Shown: piece by piece, positions 29,265-38,429 of the stretch | Layout of the letters: each line of letters opens with the position of its first letter | How positions within the stretch are numbered: position 1 is the first letter of the stretch | From: Bacteroidales bacterium | GTDB taxonomy: Bacteria > Bacteroidota > Bacteroidia > Bacteroidales > UBA1715 | NCBI GenBank assembly: GCA_017552705.1 | Contig: JAFZOY010000028.1 | Location: 12,752 to 76,751, forward strand | Reading direction: 5' to 3' | DNA length: 64,000 nt | Notes under the pieces: generated by a model | Seen by the model: only the letters and a program-made list of their open reading frames with translations | Database searches by the model: none | Told to the model about the DNA's origin: nothing | Program-made: the position numbers and the translations under genes

Positions 29265-30977
29265 ATGAAAAAAATATGTATGATTATGTTTTTGTCGCTT
29301 TGTGCTATGCAAGCGATTTCGCAGAAAAATGTGAAATATAGTTTTTCGGGAAAGATACAAGAACAAAAAATTATTACTCCCGACAGTGTATTTGTTGAGA
29401 ATCTTTCTTCGAACGAAAATAAGATGGTGTACAAAGAAGATTATGAAGTTACTATTATTGCCCTATTGATTAATGCAAATACTGCCGTTGAGCATATTTC
29501 GGAGCAAGATTTTCTTTGGCTCAATGCGCAGTCAAAAGTAAGCGTTTCAATGAATCGTGCCGCAAAACTGCGATTGGTTTTATATAACATTTCGGGAATA
29601 AAAATCACAGAATACGCAAGTGATTTGAATATTGGACCGCATGAATTTTCCGTTTCCGCTCCGACAGGAACTTACGTGTTGGTTGCAAACGACGGAACAC
29701 GTTCTGCTTCACTTAAAGTTGTACTTTCTGGCGATGGTGTTGCACAAATAGAAAAAATTGAAACGACATTGAACTGCAACAATATTTTGAAATCGTGGAA
29801 GGACAAAATAAAATTCCACAATGGCGATAAACTCCAATTTACTGGCTATTATAACGGGCAAAACGATGTGCAAACAATAAATGCGAATATAGAAGATGGT
29901 TCCTCTACGATTAACTTCTCGTTTGTTTCTGTTACCGCAACGGTTTCTGATGTTGCAGCAACCTCGGCAAAACTTTCTGCTGAAATTTTTAATGAGAAAA
30001 ACAAGACTATTACAGAAAGAGGTTTTTATATTGGCAAGTCAAAAACTGAGTTGATTGAAAATGGCGACAAATTAGTCGCTAATTCAGAGAGTTTCAACTT
30101 TACCGCCAATGGTTTGGACGATGAAACTACGTATTTCTATTGCCCATACGTTACGTTAGATGGCAATGTTATCTCATACGGTGAAATACTCTCTTTTACT
30201 ACTCTTTTCCAACCTCTTGTTAATATTGTTGACGGTGCTATATTGGCTGAATTTTCTGTTTCTGAGACAAAGAAGGTTTATTTTTCTAAAGGGAATTTAC
30301 AGTATCAAGCAAGCACAAAAACGTGGCGTTTTGCCGAAAATCAATACGATGTTATAGGAGAAGACAATTGTAATAGATCTTCCACATATAGTGGCTGGAT
30401 AGATTTGTTTAGTTGGGGATGTAGTGGCTATAATGGGAAATATCCTTATTGGAGAGAGGATTACTATAACCTCTATGATGCTATTGGTACTGATATTGTC
30501 GGTACAAAATACGATTGGGGGGTATATAACTCTATATCAAACGGCGGTAATAAGCCAGGATTGTGGCGCACGTTTACAAAAGAAGAACTTCTTTATATTT
30601 TAATTTGTAGGAAAGATCATGATTATTTAAGAGGGTACGGTATAGTGAATGGTATTGCTGGAGAGATAATTTTGCCGGACAACTGGATTTTACCCAAAGG
30701 CTTAACGTTTAGGTCGAAGAACCCCTCCTATAATGATCCAGATAACATTTATTCAGATGAGGAATGGAGTAAGATGGAAGGAAATGGTGCGATATTCTTT
30801 CCTTGTGCGGGTATGATTGACTGGAAAGACTACGGAGGAAAAGGAATGTCTATATGGTATTGGACGGGAACAGTAGATCAGGATAACTGGGCTTATAGTT
30901 ATCAAGGAGATGCTGCTGTGTATTCGACTCTTTGTGCTGCTGGTTTTTCCGTCCGTCTTGTTAAAGATGTAAAATAA
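29265..30977 (+). CDS. secreted protein with C-terminal FISUMP/DUF1566-like domain
   Basis: Signal peptide MKKICMIMFLSLCAMQAISQ. C-terminal region with GNLQYQ...WRFAENQYD, WIDLFSWG, LWRTFTKEELLYIL, FFPCAGMIDW, WYWTGT, and ending GFSVRLVKD. This resembles the Fibrobacter-succinogenes-major-paralogous/DUF1566 pattern (WRLPT..., LPAAG..., YWSS..., SVRCVKD). Confidence 0.5.
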   Translation: MKKICMIMFLSLCAMQAISQKNVKYSFSGKIQEQKIITPDSVFVENLSSNENKMVYKEDYEVTIIALLINANTAVEHISEQDFLWLNAQSKVSVSMNRAAKLRLVLYNISGIKITEYASDLNIGPHEFSVSAPTGTYVLVANDGTRSASLKVVLSGDGVAQIEKIETTLNCNNILKSWKDKIKFHNGDKLQFTGYYNGQNDVQTINANIEDGSSTINFSFVSVTATVSDVAATSAKLSAEIFNEKNKTITERGFYIGKSKTELIENGDKLVANSESFNFTANGLDDETTYFYCPYVTLDGNVISYGEILSFTTLFQPLVNIVDGAILAEFSVSETKKVYFSKGNLQYQASTKTWRFAENQYDVIGEDNCNRSSTYSGWIDLFSWGCSGYNGKYPYWREDYYNLYDAIGTDIVGTKYDWGVYNSISNGGNKPGLWRTFTKEELLYILICRKDHDYLRGYGIVNGIAGEIILPDNWILPKGLTFRSKNPSYNDPDNIYSDEEWSKMEGNGAIFFPCAGMIDWKDYGGKGMSIWYWTGTVDQDNWAYSYQGDAAVYSTLCAAGFSVRLVKDVK

Positions 30978-31020
30978 GTATGCAAAATAAATGATAGTTT
31001 AATTTTAAAATGTAATAGTC

Positions 31021-31794
31021 ATGCAAAAAGAAATTGTAGATTGGGCTGAAAAAAATGTAAAAAAATTCAATGAACTTTCCCAAAAATATGAAACCTCATA
31101 TTATACACAATCACCGTTATCTGCCGTTGGTGAGGATGTTGAACTAATGGTTGTAGGTATAAATCCAAAGGGGGGTGCAATCTATCCTAATGGTAAAGTG
31201 TTAACATGCGAAGAATATTTAAATGGAAATCCAACTTGGAACGACCGTTTCCTGAAAGATGGTTCTATACACCCAGCTTGGGGTAAGGATTCGAGATTTT
31301 TACCTGATGCTCGTTTCTTTTTGGGATATGGTAACACTTATACCTCTGATAGTATTGATTCTGATGAAAAAACAATATGGACGAATCTTTCCCCATTCGT
31401 TTCTCCTCAAGGATCTAAAGATTTACCCAAAGAACTTATGCAAGCAGGAGTAATTAGTACCATAGAGTTGATAAAAATTGTAAAACCACAACGTATTGTA
31501 TTGCTTGGGAATGGGGCATTAGAAAAGATTAAATCAAATATGACAGACCAAACAACCATTTCATATTTGCAAGTTTTTGAAAATGTAAATTATTTAATTG
31601 GACAACTTTACGGAATACCTATTGTAAATGTTTGCCACCCTTCTTCAAGAACCTGGAGTGTTAGCCACAGTTTTACTTCCGTTTTTATTTTTCTTCATAA
31701 ACTTGCCACTGATAAATTCAAATCAAATTTGGAAAAAGTTGCTGATTATATGCGTAAACAGTTTTCTGCTTTTCAAACTATGGTTCGAGTTTAA
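31021..31794 (+). CDS. divergent uracil-DNA glycosylase superfamily (UDG-fold) protein
   Basis: The order and spacing of motifs match the UDG fold: LMVVGINPKGG (motif A, GINPG as in MUG/TDG), IWTNLSPFVSPQGSKDLPKE (TN..k..P), PQRIVLLGNGA, and VNVCHPSSR (motif B, HPS). Hand recognition only. Confidence 0.55.
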   Translation: MQKEIVDWAEKNVKKFNELSQKYETSYYTQSPLSAVGEDVELMVVGINPKGGAIYPNGKVLTCEEYLNGNPTWNDRFLKDGSIHPAWGKDSRFLPDARFFLGYGNTYTSDSIDSDEKTIWTNLSPFVSPQGSKDLPKELMQAGVISTIELIKIVKPQRIVLLGNGALEKIKSNMTDQTTISYLQVFENVNYLIGQLYGIPIVNVCHPSSRTWSVSHSFTSVFIFLHKLATDKFKSNLEKVADYMRKQFSAFQTMVRV

Positions 31795-31825
31795 AAATCA
31801 AAGGTTAATTTAATTGAATGAAAAA

Positions 31826-32833
31826 ATGAAAAGAAATTTATCTACCATAGTTATAGCAATAACACTATCATTTGTAAACATTGCCTTATTTGTATTTTTA
31901 CTTGTCGCTACTGATTTATTTTCTCAAAAAGATTTGTGGTTTCAATCTTCATGTGTCATAATTGGTACGATAGTTACGGCTGTAATTACATTGCTTTTGT
32001 TGAACGGTCAAAGCGATAAAGAAGAGGAAAAAGAACGTAACGCAAAAGTGTTTGAGGAAAAACTTGCTATTTATAAAGAGTTTCTTAATGAATTGTATAA
32101 TGTAGTGAAAGACAACAATATAAGTAATAGTGAAAAATTAGAGTTACAATTTAAAGTAGCACAAATATCCATGCACACACGAAAAGATCGTATAAACACA
32201 ATCAGTGAGAGTGTTACGAATATTATACGTGCTATTGACGAAAAAACGTCTAACAAAAATATTCTTGAAAACCTTTTTACAATTCAAGAGCAATTTAGGC
32301 AAGAATTATATCCTGAAAAGGAAGCTGAGAATTGGTCTACAACAATTAAAAATTTTGACGAATTAGAAGTTGTTGAGCAAGTGAAAGAAAAACATTCATT
32401 ATCAAACGAAAAAATTATATACTTTGAAAATCGAATAAAAGAGGTTGTTCAAAAATATAAAGATACTAATGATTTCAATAATGGATTTGAGATTATTCTA
32501 TCTCAAAATGGTAATAGCAGGAACTTTATACGTTTTGCCCGTTTAAATACAGAACGAGGAGAATATTGTGTACAAATTTGGTTAAATCTTTTGAATACTG
32601 AGAAAAGAAGATATATTTATATAAAATTAAAAGACCAGTTTTCACCCTCTATATATTCGGCAAATAGTTGTGCCCAAATATATTTTGATTATGTTAGAGA
32701 CGGAAAATACCGCTTTATAGACACATTTGCAAGCGAAATTGAAAACTTAGACACTAACACAATAGAAAGATATTCAAAAAGAATTATTGAAATAACAAAA
32801 TTTGTAGAAGAACAATTAAAAAACAAAGAGTAA
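31826..32833 (+). CDS. hypothetical membrane protein (2 N-terminal TM helices plus a helical/coiled cytoplasmic region)
   Basis: The ATG at 31826 is preferred over the listed TTG at 31814. TM1 is LSTIVIAITLSFVNIALFVFLLVA and TM2 is SSCVIIGTIVTAVITLLLLNG, followed by an EEEKE-rich linker and a ~260-aa soluble part. Very AT-rich coding sequence. Confidence 0.6.
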   Translation: MKRNLSTIVIAITLSFVNIALFVFLLVATDLFSQKDLWFQSSCVIIGTIVTAVITLLLLNGQSDKEEEKERNAKVFEEKLAIYKEFLNELYNVVKDNNISNSEKLELQFKVAQISMHTRKDRINTISESVTNIIRAIDEKTSNKNILENLFTIQEQFRQELYPEKEAENWSTTIKNFDELEVVEQVKEKHSLSNEKIIYFENRIKEVVQKYKDTNDFNNGFEIILSQNGNSRNFIRFARLNTERGEYCVQIWLNLLNTEKRRYIYIKLKDQFSPSIYSANSCAQIYFDYVRDGKYRFIDTFASEIENLDTNTIERYSKRIIEITKFVEEQLKNKE

Positions 32834-32857
32834 CATTACAATTACAATATTTCCAAT

Positions 32858-32893
32858 TTCCCGTTCTACCACCATAGGACGGGGATTTTATTT
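32858..32893 (+). terminator. rho-independent terminator after the UDG-like/TM gene pair
   Basis: TTCCCGTTCT (32858-32867) pairs with AGGACGGGGA (32876-32885) with two G-U pairs, followed by TTTTATTT. Confidence 0.6.
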
Positions 32894-33556
32894 CCCTTCA
32901 AAATATTTCAAGAAACAATTTGGCACTGGTGATTCAAAAATCAGCTGCTCGTGCGTTACGGGATGAACAATAACTAAGCGGTTGTTGTGGAGCATCAGAC
33001 GTTTTTCGGGAGAGGTTTTTGCTCCATATTTCTTATCACCTGCAATAGGCCAGCCATGTTCCGACAAATGCACGCGAATCTGATTTTTCCGTCCTGTAAG
33101 TATCTGAACGTCAAGCATCGCCATATTCTTATTTTCGGCAACAACCTTAAAACGGGTAATCGCTAATTTTCCAATCTCCGTATTTCGGGTGGAATGGACA
33201 AACATTGCTGAATTTTCGGTAAGATACGAACGGATTTCCGCTTTTTTCGGGTTAGGAACAACCTCTGTCACAGCCACATACCGTCGGTCTAAAATGTAAT
33301 CGTTCCAATTGTCACGCAACAAATGCTGGATGCCTTCGTCTTTGGCAAACATCAGTATTCCCGACGTGAATTGGTCAAGTCGGTGGCATACGAACGCATC
33401 GCCACGGGGATTTTTCCGCTTTACGTACTCCCGAACCAAATGCCACGCATTTTCTTCCTTTGCCGTGGGATGGTTCACCGACAGCAATCCCGACGGCTTT
33501 TCAATCACGACAAGCCATTTGTCTTCGTAAATGATATGCAGTTTCTTACTCGCCAC
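32888..33556 (-). CDS. RluA-family pseudouridine synthase
   Basis: HRLDQFTSGILMFAKD (catalytic Asp motif) and GRKNQIRVHL. GTG start at 33554-33556. Confidence 0.85.
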   Translation of the reverse strand: MASKKLHIIYEDKWLVVIEKPSGLLSVNHPTAKEENAWHLVREYVKRKNPRGDAFVCHRLDQFTSGILMFAKDEGIQHLLRDNWNDYILDRRYVAVTEVVPNPKKAEIRSYLTENSAMFVHSTRNTEIGKLAITRFKVVAENKNMAMLDVQILTGRKNQIRVHLSEHGWPIAGDKKYGAKTSPEKRLMLHNNRLVIVHPVTHEQLIFESPVPNCFLKYFEGK

Positions 33557-33557
33557 G

Positions 33558-34829
33558 TTATTGGTTTGCTATGTTACGATAAAACTGTTCCACGTCGTTC
33601 CACTTGTAATATGGTGCAACGTCGCTATGAATAGGTAAATCCACCTCTTTTTCGTTCAGCAGGAACTTCACCAAAACCACGTCGGATTTCTTCGACTTGT
33701 AAAACACGACTTGAAGATTTGCCCCCATAGGAATTATCTTGAAATCGCACCACACCGTGCTCAGATATTCAAAGTCAGTAGTCTTGACATTGCAACCTTC
33801 CAACTGCATCAAGCAACAAAGCGGCAACAATCCCGTATCGTGGCCAAAACGAAGCGTGGCATTCACACCGTTACCGTCCAACGCCTTGTCGGCTTCGTCA
33901 AGAAAATTCATCAACAAATTTTTGGCGAACAACATTCCCCTGTTCCGTGTCAACGGGCAATTGCCGTAGGCACCATACCACCACGCATTTTGCACCAGCC
34001 AGCAGCCATACAATTCATCGGCGGTAAACACGTCGTCAAAATCAAAGTCCAAATCGTCGATTCCCTGCATCGTACTATGAACTTCGTGCAGTTTCCGCAT
34101 AAATTCAACAGCATTGATATGTTGTGCAACATACACTGAATCAGTGAATAACGATTTCATCATCCGTTCGGGGTGCACATATTTTGAATGAAAGGCGGAA
34201 TACGGATTCGACCACAAAGTGTCGTCCATCACACGGCAGATAGTGTCCCACGAATCGTTACAAATAAAGTACATCAGCCGTTTGCTTGACTCGGCGGTAA
34301 TGTTCACATCGGGGCGCATTGCCTTCAGCTGCGAGCAAAAAGCATCCATACTCATAATGCATCGTTGCGAGGTAGAAATGCTCACGTCAATTTGGGCTTT
34401 CCCCTGAAAGATTTCGGGATAATTTTTCACCATTCGTTCTGCAATAGCAGCGTGCTGTCGCCGTCCCGTCTGCGTTAAATCGCCTGCGCGGAGATATGCG
34501 TCGTCATACAGGCGATATGCCCTGTCGGCAACCGATTTGCCAAAATCCGTCAGCACACCGGCAGAATCCGCCTTTTTGAACAAATCGTTAAAATATTTGT
34601 AATCGTCGGCACTCCAATGATACCGCGAGCCGTGACGGCCGTAATGGCTGATATACACAGGTTTGTAGCCCTTCGGTGCAGGAGTCAGTTTTTCCGTAGG
34701 TGCTTGATATGCAAAATGATTGTCGCCCATTTTGTTGTGGTTGGCATACAATTCTTCCTTAACGGATTGCGCAAATCCTATTTCGCTTATGCTGAATACT
34801 ATTAAAAGTAGAAATACTCGTTTCATCAT
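33558..34829 (-). CDS. secreted histidine-type (acid) phosphatase
   Basis: Signal peptide. The RHGxRxP-type motif appears as YGRHGSRYH, with a downstream HD (GHDTGL). Confidence 0.7.
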   Translation of the reverse strand: MMKRVFLLLIVFSISEIGFAQSVKEELYANHNKMGDNHFAYQAPTEKLTPAPKGYKPVYISHYGRHGSRYHWSADDYKYFNDLFKKADSAGVLTDFGKSVADRAYRLYDDAYLRAGDLTQTGRRQHAAIAERMVKNYPEIFQGKAQIDVSISTSQRCIMSMDAFCSQLKAMRPDVNITAESSKRLMYFICNDSWDTICRVMDDTLWSNPYSAFHSKYVHPERMMKSLFTDSVYVAQHINAVEFMRKLHEVHSTMQGIDDLDFDFDDVFTADELYGCWLVQNAWWYGAYGNCPLTRNRGMLFAKNLLMNFLDEADKALDGNGVNATLRFGHDTGLLPLCCLMQLEGCNVKTTDFEYLSTVWCDFKIIPMGANLQVVFYKSKKSDVVLVKFLLNEKEVDLPIHSDVAPYYKWNDVEQFYRNIANQ

Positions 34830-35419
34830 TACTTTACTAAATTTCCTTCTACTACATCTATTTTCTGGGAAGTTGTGAATTGCATCTTTTTAAGTTCGTC
34901 AACTAAAGTGTTAATATCGTTTGTGTTACAGTCAATAATTTCATCTAAACCAATAATATCTCCACTTAAAATCTTCGCTTTTTGAACTTTTGCCTCTGTT
35001 GAATCCATAGTCAATAGATAGCATTTAGATTTTCTATGTACATATTTAAGAGCAATAGCCTCTAAGTCAGCTTGTTTGTATCGCTCACGTAAACTTGTTT
35101 TAAGAGATAAACTTACTGGCGTTGCTTGACAATATAATAAAGTGTCAAAGTTCACATTAGGGACAAAAGCAACCTTTGCTTGTGTATAAAATGGCGTTAT
35201 ACCTTCTCGATATAACAATGTATATATTATATACTCAAATATATTTCCACGAAGAGTAGGTTTATCTGCCTTCTGTAGAGCTTCCCAATATTGTTTTATG
35301 TAATCCTCCGGTGACTTATAATTCACAGTAAGAAATGTTTGATTTGGTATTAAAGAATCAAACAATATTGTTGTTTCATTTTCCTTTTTAGCGATTTGCC
35401 GTTTTACTAATTCTGACAT
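34829..35419 (-). CDS. putative type II restriction endonuclease (partner of the adjacent C5-methyltransferase)
   Basis: 196-aa ORF overlapping the methyltransferase 3' end by 32 nt, with the same AT-rich composition. A possible PD-(D/E)xK arrangement is E (NIFEYI) ... D (NFDTLLY) ... SLK (VSLSLKTSLRER). Assigned mainly by context. Confidence 0.45.
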   Translation of the reverse strand: MSELVKRQIAKKENETTILFDSLIPNQTFLTVNYKSPEDYIKQYWEALQKADKPTLRGNIFEYIIYTLLYREGITPFYTQAKVAFVPNVNFDTLLYCQATPVSLSLKTSLRERYKQADLEAIALKYVHRKSKCYLLTMDSTEAKVQKAKILSGDIIGLDEIIDCNTNDINTLVDELKKMQFTTSQKIDVVEGNLVK

Positions 35420-36641
35420 ACGATTTGTTATTTGATTTTGTTATTATTCTATTTATAATTTGTTCTGCTGTTGCTTGAATTGCAGGAACCGCAACTGAAT
35501 TTCCAAATTGTTTATAGGCTGACGCATCAGCAACAGCGATAATAAAATCATCGGGAAATCCTTGCAATCTTGCCCATTCTCTTGGTGTCATTCTTCTCCA
35601 TCCATCGTGATTTACCTCACCTTTTATTTTTGTAACAGGGGTAAAATTTGTTAATCGTTTGTCTATGACTATGTTACGTTCGCGCCCCATCCCACCAACA
35701 ACAATAGCATTCGCTACACCATTGTCAGGTATTATTTCAAATCCAAAACCATTTCCTTTGCTTTCATGCCTTTTTTTATGATTGTATAGAGTTTGCTGAT
35801 ATTGTGTTGATAGGTAATACTTTACAGAAACTTCTTTTTCTTCTCTTATGTCTATAAATCTTTTAGTTGTATCCGTTGGTTTAGGGTAAGTAAACTTTTC
35901 TATGTTTTGATCTTTTCTAAAACCAACAATATAAATTCTTTCTCTATGTTGTGGGACACCAAAATTCATTGCATTAACAATTTCTGGCTCTGGCACATAA
36001 TAATCCAAATCATTACGTAAAACATTCAATATCGTTTCAAGAGTTTTCCCTTTATCATGAATTTTCAAACCTTTAACATTTTCCAAAAAAAAAGCTTTTG
36101 GTCGTTTACGTTTTATTATTTCAGCAACATCAAAAAATAAGGTGCCTCGTGTTTCCTCAAAACCTTTTTTCTTCCCCGCCAATGAAAATGCTTGACAAGG
36201 AAATCCAGCACAAAGTACATCAAAATTATCAGGTATAAATTGTTTTGTAGACTCTTTGGTTATGTCACCAAATGGAACTTCTCCAAAATTAGCAAGATAT
36301 GTTTTTTGTGCTTGTACATCCCATTCAGAAGAATACACACATTTCCCTCCTAAATTTTGCATTGCTATACGAAATCCTCCAATTCCAGCAAATAAATCTA
36401 TAAATGTAAATTTGGGATTTTGCGGTGCAGGAAAGGGAACTGAAAACAATTCAGGAAATAGTCCATAAGATACAGAAGGGTCTGCAAATTGAATTTTTTT
36501 TGACGATTTTTTTATCTTCAATATTTGCAAAGCTGCTTCTTCAAAGGGTGTAGCATATTTAGTTTTTTCATTTTGTAAAAAATGAGAAACTATTGCCGAG
36601 TTTTCGTTTAATTCAATTTTGAAATCAATTGGCTTTTTCAT
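35388..36641 (-). CDS. DNA (cytosine-5)-methyltransferase, type II
   Basis: All C5-MTase motifs are present: I FIDLFAGIGGF, IV GFPCQAFS, VI ENVKGL, VIII QHRERIYIVGF, IX RRMTPREWARLQGFP, X GNSVAVP. From memory the sequence looks close to M.HpaII (CCGG), but that is unverified. Confidence 0.9.
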   Translation of the reverse strand: MKKPIDFKIELNENSAIVSHFLQNEKTKYATPFEEAALQILKIKKSSKKIQFADPSVSYGLFPELFSVPFPAPQNPKFTFIDLFAGIGGFRIAMQNLGGKCVYSSEWDVQAQKTYLANFGEVPFGDITKESTKQFIPDNFDVLCAGFPCQAFSLAGKKKGFEETRGTLFFDVAEIIKRKRPKAFFLENVKGLKIHDKGKTLETILNVLRNDLDYYVPEPEIVNAMNFGVPQHRERIYIVGFRKDQNIEKFTYPKPTDTTKRFIDIREEKEVSVKYYLSTQYQQTLYNHKKRHESKGNGFGFEIIPDNGVANAIVVGGMGRERNIVIDKRLTNFTPVTKIKGEVNHDGWRRMTPREWARLQGFPDDFIIAVADASAYKQFGNSVAVPAIQATAEQIINRIITKSNNKSYVRISKTANR

Positions 36642-36665
36642 TTCAGGTGTATTATTTTACAAAAA

Positions 36666-37424
36666 TTAAAATTCCACAAATACCGGACAATGGTCAGAGA
36701 AATTCAGTTCTGGCTGAATCCATGCATTTTTCATCTTCTTTGCCAAATCGGTGCTCACCATGTGATAATCGATGCGCCAGCCAAGATTTTTCGGCTTGCA
36801 GCCACCTCGGTAACTCCACCACGAATATTGTTCGGGCTGCGTGTTGAATTCACGGAAACTGTCAACAAAACCGCTCGCCACAAATCTGTCCATCCATTCG
36901 CGTTCGTTTGGTAAAAATCCCGAAACATCTTCGTGTTTTTCAGGGTGGTTTATGTCGATTGGCTTATGACAAATGTTGTAGTCGCCCGACACGATAATGT
37001 TCGGGTGTGTCTTTCGCAACTCGTTCGTGTAATTCAGCACCAACTCAAGATATTCCTCCTTCTTCTCCTGACGGACATCGCCCGAAGTTCCAGAAGGAAA
37101 ATATGAATTGATTAGCGTAAAGTCTTCAAAATCAAGGCGAAGAAACCGACCTTCGCTGTCGAAGAAATCGTTGCCAATGCCTTTCACCACATTCCTCGGT
37201 TTCAACTTGGTAAACGTTGCCACGCCGCTATATCCCTTGCGTTCTGCCGCAAACCAATGAATTTCATAACCGAACATGCGCAACATATCCACATCGACTT
37301 GTTCCTGCATAGCCTTAGTTTCCTGAATATGAATCACATCGGGCATCTCGGTTTCGAGCCACTCCATAAAACCCTTGTTCATTGCGGCACGAATGCCATT
37401 CACGTTATACGAAATCAGTTTCAT
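36666..37424 (-). CDS. xth: exodeoxyribonuclease III
   Basis: MKLISYNVNGIRAA, IQETK, and C-terminal SDHCPV are canonical Xth/APE1-family motifs. Confidence 0.92.
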   Translation of the reverse strand: MKLISYNVNGIRAAMNKGFMEWLETEMPDVIHIQETKAMQEQVDVDMLRMFGYEIHWFAAERKGYSGVATFTKLKPRNVVKGIGNDFFDSEGRFLRLDFEDFTLINSYFPSGTSGDVRQEKKEEYLELVLNYTNELRKTHPNIIVSGDYNICHKPIDINHPEKHEDVSGFLPNEREWMDRFVASGFVDSFREFNTQPEQYSWWSYRGGCKPKNLGWRIDYHMVSTDLAKKMKNAWIQPELNFSDHCPVFVEF

Positions 37425-37508
37425 TTTTAAAAATGTATTTCTACAAAATTAAAAGAATCACGAAATCTCCGCACTGCACGAAATCTTTTTTCTTAACAAG
37501 TTCTAAAA

Positions 37509-38429
37509 TTATTTTGTGGAATTGCTTTCGTTTTTGGAATGTAATACTATGATTTCGTGTATTTTATGTGCTATGTCTTCCATTAACCATTTAGGTGTTG
37601 AGGTCGCTCCGCAAATACCCACAGATTTTTGTGGCGTAAAATTGATTTCTGTTAAGTCGGCAAGATTTGACACAAAGTGTGTGTTTCCGTTGATTTTCTT
37701 ACAAATATCGTAGAGTACTTTTCCGTTGGAACTTTTTTTGCCACTCACAAAAATGATGGTGTCGAATTTTTGGGCAAATTGTATCAAGTCGGCTTCGCGG
37801 TTTGCCACGCGGCGACAAATGGTGTCGTGGCAAACAAAGTCATTGTTCCCGACGGCACTTGCACGGCGGGCAATTTCTTCCTGAATGATTTTTAGGTCGT
37901 GGATGTTTTGCGTTGTTTGGGAAAACAATACAATCGGACGTGTAAAATCCACTGTCTCAAGGTCTTCGATTTTGTTGATTACTATGGCAGAATTATCAGT
38001 TTGCCCTAACAAACCAATAACTTCAGCATGTCCAGGTTTGCCGAAAATAAGCACTTGCCCGTTTTTTTTCTGTGCTTCTTTATACGCTGTTTTTATCTTT
38101 TTTTGCAACGCAAGCACCACCGGGCATGTCGCATCGATAATGGTGATGTTGTTTTGCCGTGCAATTTCGTAGGTTTCGGGAGGCTCGCCGTGCGCACGGA
38201 GCAAAACAGTGCTGTCGTGCAAGTTTTTGAATTGGTCGTAAGATATTGTGATTAAGCCTTTTGCGTTCAAACGGGAAACTTCCGCACCGTTGTGGACAAT
38301 GTCGCCAAGACAATACAATGAATCTGTTTCTTCGAGAGCATTTTCCGCTTGATGTATTGCGTTAATTACCCCGAAGCAAAATCCTGATTTAGAGTCGATT
38401 TCTATTGTTGTATTTTGCTTAGAATCCAT
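37509..38429 (-). CDS. ispH: 4-hydroxy-3-methylbut-2-enyl diphosphate reductase
   Basis: GFCFGVINAI, TCPVV and HDTICRRV supply the three Fe-S cysteines in IspH/LytB spacing. Confidence 0.9.
   Translation of the reverse strand: MDSKQNTTIEIDSKSGFCFGVINAIHQAENALEETDSLYCLGDIVHNGAEVSRLNAKGLITISYDQFKNLHDSTVLLRAHGEPPETYEIARQNNITIIDATCPVVLALQKKIKTAYKEAQKKNGQVLIFGKPGHAEVIGLLGQTDNSAIVINKIEDLETVDFTRPIVLFSQTTQNIHDLKIIQEEIARRASAVGNNDFVCHDTICRRVANREADLIQFAQKFDTIIFVSGKKSSNGKVLYDICKKINGNTHFVSNLADLTEINFTPQKSVGICGATSTPKWLMEDIAHKIHEIIVLHSKNESNSTK

Noticed and set aside
34829-35419. Possibility that the 196-aa ORF next to the C5-methyltransferase is a Vsr very-short-patch repair endonuclease
   Set aside because: Vsr proteins accompany many C5-MTases, but this sequence lacks the Vsr pattern I remember (the FxHGCFWHxH zinc and catalytic region). 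I kept it as a putative restriction endonuclease at low confidence instead.
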